DNA of 64,000 nt, from IMG/VR virus record IMGVR_UViG_3300011008_002712; one strand, written 5' to 3'. The DNA is from a virus (Duplodnaviria; Caudoviricetes). The notes below the pieces were generated by a model. That model did not search any database, was not told where the DNA came from, and was given only the letters and a program-made list of their open reading frames with translations. The position numbers were made by a program, and so were the translations under genes. Numbering within the stretch: the first letter of the stretch is position 1; each line of letters starts with the position of its first letter. This document shows positions 51,601 to 58,304 of this stretch, in pieces.

Positions 51601-52422
51601 TCCAGATCGAGCAACTCGTTCCATAGCATCAGATGCTATATTCATTACATCAACTAATTGATTAATAATACTAACATCAAAAAATTGAGTAGAAATGTTT
51701 CCTAGCGTACTTATTTTATTTACGACATCTACTACTTTTGTTTTGACAGTATCAATTTGAGATGTATCTATATTTTGTTCTAATAAATGATTTATTTGAT
51801 CACTTAAAACACCAGTAATGTCAAAACTTTGAATAGCATTTTTTAATTCGTTTTGAGCATTTTGAAATTCTCTACTTATAGCATTCACATCAATAAGATG
51901 AACTTCTGCGTTATTCATCTTATCATATACTTCTCTTAATTGGTTTGTTTTTTCTCTAATAATTTGAAAATTATTAGCTAGATCACTGCTAACCTGTCCT
52001 CCTGCAGCTTTGATCTCTGCGATTTTTTGAGCTATATTATCAATTCCATCTGAAGCTTCGCGTGAAATAGCAGTGAAAGACTCATGAAGTCTACGTATCT
52101 TATCTTGAGAATCTGTAATGTCTATAGAAAGAGAATTGCCTAAAGAATCTTTTTGATTAGGAGTAACTATTCTTCTAGTATTATCTTCTGTAACAACTCT
52201 TCCAGTATCTCCAGAACCAGGTGTAACAAAACCAGTATTCTCAATACGACCAATATTAAGAGCTTCACGTAATGAACTATTCAACTTATTGGTATCTGTT
52301 ATTAAATCTCTATTCAATTTCTCTTGTTCTCGAGACATTGTATATTGATTCATATTGTCGCCAAAAATATTATTATAAGTTACCTTTTTATTATCATCTA
52401 AATTATCAAATCCTGTAGCCAC
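45676..52422 (-). CDS. Tape measure-like protein 1 with M15-like zinc peptidase domain
   Basis: Follows tube and chaperone genes; helical with Gly-rich hydrophobic segments; VITAG..GHDAGWKVD (H-x6-D)...GDHFDI. Confidence 0.82.
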   Translation of the reverse strand: MATGFDNLDDNKKVTYNNIFGDNMNQYTMSREQEKLNRDLITDTNKLNSSLREALNIGRIENTGFVTPGSGDTGRVVTEDNTRRIVTPNQKDSLGNSLSIDITDSQDKIRRLHESFTAISREASDGIDNIAQKIAEIKAAGGQVSSDLANNFQIIREKTNQLREVYDKMNNAEVHLIDVNAISREFQNAQNELKNAIQSFDITGVLSDQINHLLEQNIDTSQIDTVKTKVVDVVNKISTLGNISTQFFDVSIINQLVDVMNIASDAMERVARSGQTFGQAAENIAQTSADSAEAIASDAQNMQQMAQQNADMIRLLREQYQESAKTFENVDEIAKNFFKNVGGYVAANVSDVINQLSSAVQSHDVQSIDELLDPDNVKGLSFASSQLIQIINELNNIDDKDNNLDIYMSTLTEIQKFAESINESQSNISLTFAKLLSESGNFEQISRIVTSIKNENVKFNEIVNLTLDNFRKELSGLIEKANQQNEQKIKNASIAGTEEYNQVNLDISNMFTKTSIGGVNASQNDLANVMRHMTSAELEMSRVSIPGLYRYLPGNFLNNRELFKGNVRNAQRTNFVAGEQLSKVQTQLDAFRAAGDSEHTKKTLRSLADSVEANAKAHLEGLKNINLHRGQYKLLNENDKGTLDSFLKSSDNAAASLRDAISAIEAIDPQHESLQTLKNINNELSSTANSIKDIKDDSFDVKDVLSGAVSGVKKAHGLFVGGMGLMGLGMLAPTLGNLLQIVGGGFEAEKRSGIYRYELAKSDFAIGNSINESRNNFYVDTMADEYYKLSQGQIGWDQVKNYAIAMRRNVGGHYGMDPSQSRADMDKITTNTFGIAQMYGLNENDVSSFMKTYYKDLGHSADQASYALVQMARSAQAAGIPVSQYINNMTSMMSSLREYGVEGEKIQQFIRDLTGRGMRIEDASQLLTDTAHAGRNMGFNDWGASGFYGIMAGQGGDIFGNIVSGMMPVRSDGNINQEYYSTMAQRLFFEAGMMGGIGGGPGSYLGASLLMDTLSKRGYSQRSVSMLGDAYLNNDMQLFEDLLKEADEEKENSEEGLKNAMSEARQKIEASGNQVSEITKAQTSVALAEKHLGEVIHSDLQEPLSNLRKGFDDLLTGFVSSVELLIKELKKFSSSSTGQAIGNFLGDMSPGGLALAGLGGLAAAGAGVKGVKILGELTKYSIFKDPSKLSTGAKVVNSIPGWGKLLGAGAVLGGGIAFSKTQTFSDISDTVSGLFTGLYNIFTSGDFKAQLVPNESNNNKKAEKSAQTSFIQEQATRQDQNTDNQIANDEQTNEILDGQISAEEQQIIDEYQKTYNETHQKIKDQDDKIESNVAIASEQDFEAIRQRDEARLLSEHNGMPGYATAMLLGTGAVGLAGLYANRRMSNANIPPVIPTSNGQRYNPQTTSSSSAVQAETNARQYASSGRLANAKDFLKASGKTTAALGVLSAGATELMDYYENPDKFTTKERIGRFGISAASQTAGMLVGGAVGSLVGPVGTFVGAAAGGYLGGLAGDRLKKIFKISDEDGRMMGDKYLDASKWASGKYTKDTNSLINSNDNRARAAKDNLEAHGVKMENLTKDQQRYMDDLFNQLKQLNYSDISAAYLSAEHTAQMHKKEWEETYDDPQRRLKALQEGFKDATNIKDNLRYYRVALQSTDESMEGFGNQDRTAKQYAKEALSFGLNSSGIDWEKIKKGDYKELSSGKEKFTDWMRSTFVSDSQGNQVTDSQIDNMWKRIASFGTTDRFTNAEKEKFVNDMSSTVDMGEYKQRLEFGTKQSQFIDDYFSPMYFDGSKSDINSLVESTTEFAGLHASEKYPQSILKEEGNNAESDNQDRSDGINRTAKNVSQMQANNFDLSIPGSGENKYWVRQRSSVSTEGMQQQTLSAMDALGKWFADKTGHKLVITAGTDGDHSSNGSPTGHDAGWKVDVNDWYGPEGLQGGYLVNADGTMGSLGQEFIKYGNSLGLGMNWEGDHFDISAAGEQWEGPNAGTNFGGFGTPGASAPDVDALSGASSNKNTNDDFNTDLAGTVDAAKKSITDRMSKEVGAMTNYRDKFATGRLILDGTTASFRDRDVYMTPTGVKNRLNLSSGAQESSLYGFNTQGYFSWNKDKKQFEQFDTSGAKMIENMENKFRKDHKESWGKITYNQDKISDLENSDKAVLDSDAWLQESVRRYETPTNERLEEDFQNDLDEKHSVSIAMNVIGGGVTKQWVIQAMTRMGHSIDETTRLKEGEQAQYVRMSHHAAVNP

Positions 52423-52440
52423 TTATATTCACCTCCTTAT

Positions 52441-53382
52441 TCAATCAACTGGAAATATTAAATCTAAATTATCTGGGTTTGGATCTAATTTTTCTTGTTG
52501 CTGTTGTTCTTGTTTTTTATGTTTCAATATGTTTTGTTTGTTTTGTTCTTGAACATATTCTTGATTACCCATAACTCGCTTAAAGAAGTCTTCTGGACGT
52601 TCACTAGCATTTCCTTTTTCATGACTACTTGGTAGTTCTGTAAATTCTTCATTAGAATTTTGCATCATATATTGCAATTTTTTATCAAAATCATCATCTG
52701 TTGTTGTATCGCCATATGTTATTTGCGTATTTCCGTATGTTTCTGTATGTGCACCATCGCCAATGCCACTGGACTTCAGACGATCTTGTTCTCTAATATG
52801 TTTCCAAAGTTCTGGATTAATAAACATACATAAATAATCTCTTTTTGCTTTTTCTAGCTCTTCTTCCTCGTTTATTGTTTCTTTCATATTATACCAATAC
52901 CATAGCCATTGGTAGTCATTCATATCTTTCACTCTTTGTTCTGTTGGAAGAGCTTTTACTTCTTGCATAACTAAAAATTTGATTCTATCAAAACTTGGTT
53001 TCGCAAAACTTTTAATAATATCTTCATGAGAAAGCGCTTCATTTTGAAGTTTTTCTAATTTGTGATATTCTTCATATATTTCATCAAATACTACTGACGA
53101 TAAATTATCAAATAGAACATCCTTTTTTTCTTCTGGTATTTCCGTGCCATTTATTGATAAAAGTGCCTTTTTCATAATAAGACTTTCATATTTTTTTTGT
53201 CTTGTATGTTCATCATCATAAGTGCATGTTATAAAGTCTACTATGTCATCATGTTCTTTGGGAGATAACGTACGAAACAACCAAGTTTTTTGAAATTTTT
53301 CAAACTCCTTGGTTGCATATCCTTGATATATAAATTGTCTTATTAATTCTTTCATCGTTTCATTATTTTGCACTTTTATCAA
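52441..53382 (-). CDS. Long tail assembly chaperone (gpG+T-like fused in one frame)
   Basis: Directly upstream of the first tape measure; chaperone-like N-domain plus LPTEQRVKDMNDYQWLWY second domain. Confidence 0.7.
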   Translation of the reverse strand: MIKVQNNETMKELIRQFIYQGYATKEFEKFQKTWLFRTLSPKEHDDIVDFITCTYDDEHTRQKKYESLIMKKALLSINGTEIPEEKKDVLFDNLSSVVFDEIYEEYHKLEKLQNEALSHEDIIKSFAKPSFDRIKFLVMQEVKALPTEQRVKDMNDYQWLWYWYNMKETINEEEELEKAKRDYLCMFINPELWKHIREQDRLKSSGIGDGAHTETYGNTQITYGDTTTDDDFDKKLQYMMQNSNEEFTELPSSHEKGNASERPEDFFKRVMGNQEYVQEQNKQNILKHKKQEQQQQEKLDPNPDNLDLIFPVD

Positions 53383-53449
53383 TCACCTTTACAATTTAGT
53401 TTTTCTAAAAAATAAATACTAATTAAACGATGAAAAAGTTTGTTATATA

Positions 53450-53478
53450 AAAAAGAGTAGTTTTATACTACTCTTTTT
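53450..53478 (-). terminator. Intrinsic terminator
   Basis: aaaaagagtag-ttttata-ctactcttttt spanning the stop at 53463. Confidence 0.65.
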
Positions 53479-53921
53479 AAACGATTAAATGCAATTCTTG
53501 TAACGGTGTGATCAAACATATCTGACACGGTATAAATTTTCTTATATCCTCTAGCTTTTAATGCTTGAATCACATCGTCTATATCTGCTGAAAGAAGATT
53601 TAATTCTATGACAGCCACATCTTTTGTAACATGACCCCATGCTAATTCATAATTTGGGAGTCTTTCAAACCTACATTCCAAAATGTTCTTACGTTCTTCT
53701 TCATTATCAGTCATTTGTTTGACACAATCGCCATGCCCGTTGCCAAAATAAATTTCTTTATCCTTATATGCAAATGCTTTTTCTCGCCCATTTTCTACAT
53801 TTTCATCTTCAAAATCTATTTCGTCCCCAATGTCATCTTCTAAAATAACTAAGTCTTCAATTGAAGTTACTTCATAACCGTCTCCAATGTCATTTAAATG
53901 AATTTCACTATTTTTTTTCAT
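53463..53921 (-). CDS. Acidic hypothetical protein
   Basis: GAGG RBS and its own terminator; no recognised family. Confidence 0.6.
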   Translation of the reverse strand: MKKNSEIHLNDIGDGYEVTSIEDLVILEDDIGDEIDFEDENVENGREKAFAYKDKEIYFGNGHGDCVKQMTDNEEERKNILECRFERLPNYELAWGHVTKDVAVIELNLLSADIDDVIQALKARGYKKIYTVSDMFDHTVTRIAFNRLKRVV

Positions 53922-53981
53922 TTATAAAACCTCATTAATTAAAGAAACTCATCTTTCTATCTAAAGAATAAATCCTACATT

Positions 53982-54893
53982 TCAAAATATGTTTTTAATT
54001 TCATTATTTTCGTTTAATTTAACTACATTATCATCAGAACAAATTTGATGTTTTATCAAATCTATAAAAACAATGCGACTATCAAAAGTTTTACATAATT
54101 CAATAAGAGGTTTTATGTCAGGAAAAACATTATCTCTTGAATCTAAAATGTGAATTACTTTCCAATGCTCTGAAAGCAAATCATCTCTGACAGAATCATT
54201 GGAATTATGAAAATCATTCCAAAAATTATGTCCTCCGCCATCATATTCTATAGCAAGTTTCTCATCAGGCAAAGCGATATCTACAAATTTGTTATTGAAT
54301 TCATAATTCAAAACTCCGTCTAATGTCTCACAAATTTCAACTTGACGTTTAGATGCAAGAACTTTCTTACAACCTTTTTTACATTTTGCATTTAAATAAT
54401 TGTTTAATAAAGTATTAACCATTTTCGAATGTATCTCTGATGAAAGATCGTAGCGATAACCGCCAGCGTTTCCATGCTTTTGAATGTTAGTTATTTTTCT
54501 TTTGTTTATAAATTCATCATGAATCTCAGAGTTTTTCCCATAACGATTTTTAAATGCGCTAGCACCTTTTTGTTTAATTTCAGGAATTTGATTAACATTT
54601 TCGACGCCATACTTATCTAAATTCAATTCTTTTCTTAGTTGATTTTTGCATTCTTTTTGGTTGCACGAATGTTTATCATGACTATTTACTCTATTAAAAC
54701 TGCGCTCGAAAATCTTCCCACAGTAATCACATTTGCATTGCACCTTATAACGGCTATTTTTATTTAAATCATTTAATGAAACATAGAAAACATCATCATA
54801 TTGAGTGAATTCATATCCCAAATTCATAAATCTCTTTTTGTTAGTTTTATTCCAAATGACTTTAACCTTATCACTAATTATCAAGCAAATCAC
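53982..54893 (-). CDS. Free-standing homing endonuclease-like protein
   Basis: CKCDYC, KYGVEN, VDIALPDEKLAIEYDGGGH. Confidence 0.72.
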   Translation of the reverse strand: MICLIISDKVKVIWNKTNKKRFMNLGYEFTQYDDVFYVSLNDLNKNSRYKVQCKCDYCGKIFERSFNRVNSHDKHSCNQKECKNQLRKELNLDKYGVENVNQIPEIKQKGASAFKNRYGKNSEIHDEFINKRKITNIQKHGNAGGYRYDLSSEIHSKMVNTLLNNYLNAKCKKGCKKVLASKRQVEICETLDGVLNYEFNNKFVDIALPDEKLAIEYDGGGHNFWNDFHNSNDSVRDDLLSEHWKVIHILDSRDNVFPDIKPLIELCKTFDSRIVFIDLIKHQICSDDNVVKLNENNEIKNIF

Positions 54894-54977
54894 TCATTTT
54901 CATATAAAAATTTTTCCCATGCCATTAAAATTATTAAAATCTCCAAAAAGATATTAAAAATTTTAATAAATTTTAAT

Positions 54978-55100
54978 TCTACATAAACTTATCATCCGTG
55001 ATTCGTTTATATATAGCTTAGCATATAGCTTCCGAATGCATTTGAATTCTTGATTATATTAATCTACTCATAGTAGATGTTGCTTACGCAACACATACTC
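54978..55100 (-). ncRNA. Candidate omegaRNA/right end of the solo TnpB, ending TCAC (55001-54998), followed by the putative guide
   Basis: Minus strand hairpin ATCTACT-atg-AGTAGAT, then GAAGCTATATGCTAAGCTATATA...GAATCAC resembling IS200/IS605 right ends. Confidence 0.5.
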
Positions 55101-56376
55101 TTTCAACATTACTTGCTATTTTCTTCCAATTTAAATTGGAACCAAAACAGGAAATCAAGCTCTTATTCATTCGCCTTTTTTTGTTATTTTGTTGTATTTC
55201 ATATTTTCTTATTATTTGATATCCAGCATTTATATCATCATTAATAACAACATCATTAGACACAAACAATCCTCTTTTTACTCTACGCTCATTGTTATAA
55301 AACTTCTTTTGAGGCAATTCATTATCCAAAAATGATGTTCCAGATGTATAAGATTCATTAATATAAACTACTTTTATCCTATATAACTTAGCTTTATATT
55401 CAATCATTGTTTTAAACATATTGAATGGAATATAAATAAAATTTTGTTTATTGTCATTGTGTTGTTTCCAATTTTTATTTTCTCCTATGATAATTTTAGA
55501 CACTCCATTTTTCAAACATTCTCTAATCAAAAATGTACTAGCTTTATGCATATAGTCTTTGATTTTTCTATACCTTTTTAACCATAAAGCTTCTAATCTC
55601 TTTGTGATATAAAGGTTATTACATTTTTTTGCCAAAGACTTACATTTAGAGATTTTTTTGTTGTACAGTTGATTTGCAGACTTAATGAAACTACTATCAA
55701 TTAAAATAGGAGATTTATTGAAATTAAATGAACATGCAGCAAAATTTGCTACTCCTAAGTCTATACCACAAATCTTATCTTTACGTAATGTATAAGCTTG
55801 TTTAGCAAATATTTGATAAACAACTTCTAAAACAATAACGCCATGCTTTAAATAAAATCTCACCTCACTAAGCTTTTTAAAATCGTATTCTTTGTTTGTA
55901 AAACATTCTTTAATATCCAATGTAAAACCGTTATAAGTTTTAGGAAAATGTAATACATTGCCCTTAACCTTACAATTCTGGTTTGTGAGAGTTACAATGT
56001 AATACTTATCCTTTTTGTATTTAGGTATCTTTGGCTTTCCAGTATAATTTTTAGGATTTTCATTGTATTTTTTCAAAGATCTAAGAAAATACTTCATACT
56101 ATCTTGAGCTTTCATGACAGTCTGCTGAGCAGACTGTACAGTAGCCATCTGATAATAATCATATCCTGGTTTGTTGCTTCTATTAGACATCTTATTTTTC
56201 ATTACTTTATCTAAGTTTTTTATGTTTTCTTTTCTAAAAAATGCTTGCCTTAGCTCATATAAAGTAGCATTATAAAGATTCTTTGAAAAATGAAGCTGGA
56301 AAAGCAAAAAAGAATACATTGGATCATGTTCTCTTATAAAGAATTGTTTTACTCTAAAATTTGTAACTTTTTTCAT
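55084..56376 (-). CDS. tnpB: Solo TnpB (IS200/IS605-type, no tnpA)
   Basis: SKNLYN, PKIPKYK, RuvC-I GIDLG, IIIGENKNWKQ, NESYTS, RVKRGLF, INDDINAG. Confidence 0.9.
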   Translation of the reverse strand: MKKVTNFRVKQFFIREHDPMYSFLLFQLHFSKNLYNATLYELRQAFFRKENIKNLDKVMKNKMSNRSNKPGYDYYQMATVQSAQQTVMKAQDSMKYFLRSLKKYNENPKNYTGKPKIPKYKKDKYYIVTLTNQNCKVKGNVLHFPKTYNGFTLDIKECFTNKEYDFKKLSEVRFYLKHGVIVLEVVYQIFAKQAYTLRKDKICGIDLGVANFAACSFNFNKSPILIDSSFIKSANQLYNKKISKCKSLAKKCNNLYITKRLEALWLKRYRKIKDYMHKASTFLIRECLKNGVSKIIIGENKNWKQHNDNKQNFIYIPFNMFKTMIEYKAKLYRIKVVYINESYTSGTSFLDNELPQKKFYNNERRVKRGLFVSNDVVINDDINAGYQIIRKYEIQQNNKKRRMNKSLISCFGSNLNWKKIASNVERVCVA

Positions 56377-56406
56377 CTTTTTTCACCTCCCTTCATGTTT
56401 AATTCT

Positions 56407-56435
56407 ATTCTATCATACGTTTAAATGTATGTAAA
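56407..56435 (-). promoter_or_regulatory. sigmaA/sigma70-type promoter of the solo tnpB
   Basis: TTTACA-17 nt-TAGAAT with extended -10 TG, upstream of a GGAGGTG RBS. Confidence 0.6.
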
Positions 56436-56546
56436 TAATATATATTATAACGTGTTTTAATATTTTTAATAAAAAATGATAGTAAAAACATAAATTTATT
56501 AAAAATATAAAAGATTTAATAAAATTTTTAATAAATTATTTTTTCT

Positions 56547-57458
56547 TTAATATTTTCTTTTACTATATACGTTTTGATTTATAAAATCAGCAACTAGAAC
56601 ATGTTCGTTTAATTCAACGAATAATTGTTTACAAACATTAATCAAAGTTATTAAAACATCTTTATTTATTTTTGAATTATTACATTTTAAATGAATAATG
56701 TTCCATCCAAAACTAATCATTACATTATCTTTTTTTAAATCAATGTCAGATAAAAATAAATTGTTTTCATCTTCTTTTCTGTAGATTCTATGGCCAGTGC
56801 CATCATATTCTATGACAATCTTATCATTAACCAACGCAATATCGCCATAATAAAGATTGTTATTGACTTCAAATTTATAATTCAAAACTCCATCTAACAT
56901 TTCACATAAATGAACTTGATTTTTTGAAACAATTTTTTTACCATCTTTTTGACATTTTGCTTCATTAAAATTTTTAAACATCGTTCTAATTCTTTTTGAA
57001 TGTGTTTCTTTTGTATCAACATATCCTTTTTTATTACCACATCTTTTTAGATTCGTTTCATATCTTTTTTGTACATAGGCTTCATGTTTTTCTGAACCAA
57101 CGCCATAATTATTTTTAAAATTCTTTGCATTTTCTAATTTTATGTTTTCTTCAGAAAAAACATTTTTGACCCCATAGATTTTCATTACTTTATTTTCTCT
57201 CATTTTTTTAATGCATTCCATGTCACCACAAGAATGTAATTTTCCGCATGACACGGCAATATACTGAATCTTATATTCTTTTCCGCAAATGTCACAAATT
57301 GCTTTCACAACAACTCTAGATGTTGGCATCAAATCATTTGAATCAACTTCAATGATATCATTTTTATGCTTAACATCATATCCTTTCTTTTTAAACCATT
57401 TCATGTTACTAGAGGATAATTTTATTTTAACTTTTTGGTTAACAATCATACAGCTCAC
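56547..57458 (-). CDS. Free-standing homing endonuclease-like protein
   Basis: CDICGK, IYGVKN, GDIALVNDKIVIEYDGTGH; close paralog of 53982..54893. Confidence 0.72.
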   Translation of the reverse strand: MSCMIVNQKVKIKLSSSNMKWFKKKGYDVKHKNDIIEVDSNDLMPTSRVVVKAICDICGKEYKIQYIAVSCGKLHSCGDMECIKKMRENKVMKIYGVKNVFSEENIKLENAKNFKNNYGVGSEKHEAYVQKRYETNLKRCGNKKGYVDTKETHSKRIRTMFKNFNEAKCQKDGKKIVSKNQVHLCEMLDGVLNYKFEVNNNLYYGDIALVNDKIVIEYDGTGHRIYRKEDENNLFLSDIDLKKDNVMISFGWNIIHLKCNNSKINKDVLITLINVCKQLFVELNEHVLVADFINQNVYSKRKY

Positions 57459-57477
57459 CTCTTAATTTTAACATAAG

Positions 57478-57507
57478 AAAAAAGACGTCTTTTATGACGT
57501 CTTTTTT
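57478..57507 (-). terminator. Terminator downstream of the tube genes
   Basis: aaaaaagacgtc-tttta t-gacgtctttttt inverted repeat. Confidence 0.65.
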
Positions 57508-57552
57508 ATATATTTTCAACATCGAATAATTTTTTTCTAAACAATGTAATTA

Positions 57553-58284
57553 TTAGTATACGTCGCCGTAAGCAATCTGAACGTCTTCAGCAACAGTTAT
57601 GGACCCAACACTATAAGAACGTCTATATGATGACAACCAGCAATCTATGTATGTTTCAATCCAATATTTTTCTTGCTGTCCATGTGCTCTAGTTTTTACT
57701 TGTATTTCAAGAGGAGTCCTCTGATCTTTCAATGTTTTGAACACGAAATTTGTAGCAGTTTTATATGCTTTTGAGTCAATACTGTCTGGAGCAATAGATG
57801 ATTTATCCCATTCTGTTGTTCCTGCTGAACCTTCGGTCTCAGCATCATATACTTTTGCTCCAATTTCATTGAATGGGCGACCGCTAGTCGTTAAACCAAT
57901 AGCATTCCATATAGATGATTCATATAAAGCAATACGAGATACGCTCAAAGAGCCACCTTTCGTATTATCTGGCACAGCTTGAACGACGCCTTCCCAACCA
58001 ATAGCTTGAAGTTTATTGATGGTACGCGTTTCGTTCACAGTGAAGCTTTGAATCATTCCTACGATGGAACCATTGGCAAAAATAAATACGTTTGTAGACG
58101 TAGCTGCTAATGAGTTATCGAACGCTGTTCTTGGATTAAAATCATTTTCTGCAGTACGTATATCGTTTCTTGTAGCACGATGGGTGTTTGTAGATGTATT
58201 TCTAATATTACTATTAACAGCATCGTGCTGTTCAAAGTTATTAAAATGCAGTCCAGTATCATAGCCTGGAGATGTTATTGCCAT
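57553..58284 (-). CDS. Tail tube protein 2
   Basis: VGMIQSF..ETRTI..LQAIG.EGVVQAVP...GGSLSVSRIAL, ETYIDCW; paralog of the adjacent tube gene; follows the sheath. Confidence 0.8.
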   Translation of the reverse strand: MAITSPGYDTGLHFNNFEQHDAVNSNIRNTSTNTHRATRNDIRTAENDFNPRTAFDNSLAATSTNVFIFANGSIVGMIQSFTVNETRTINKLQAIGWEGVVQAVPDNTKGGSLSVSRIALYESSIWNAIGLTTSGRPFNEIGAKVYDAETEGSAGTTEWDKSSIAPDSIDSKAYKTATNFVFKTLKDQRTPLEIQVKTRAHGQQEKYWIETYIDCWLSSYRRSYSVGSITVAEDVQIAYGDVY

Positions 58285-58304
58285 GTATTCTCACCTACCT
58301 TCAC

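Noticed and set aside
32119-52422. Triple tape measure as an assembly artefact or one gene broken into three
   Set aside because: The copies are highly diverged, each has its own RBS and a full core plus C-terminal module, and cassette order differs
55058-55080. ATCTACT-atg-AGTAGAT resembles the Cas12a direct-repeat stem
   Set aside because: Single copy with no spacers or array; better explained as an omegaRNA hairpin
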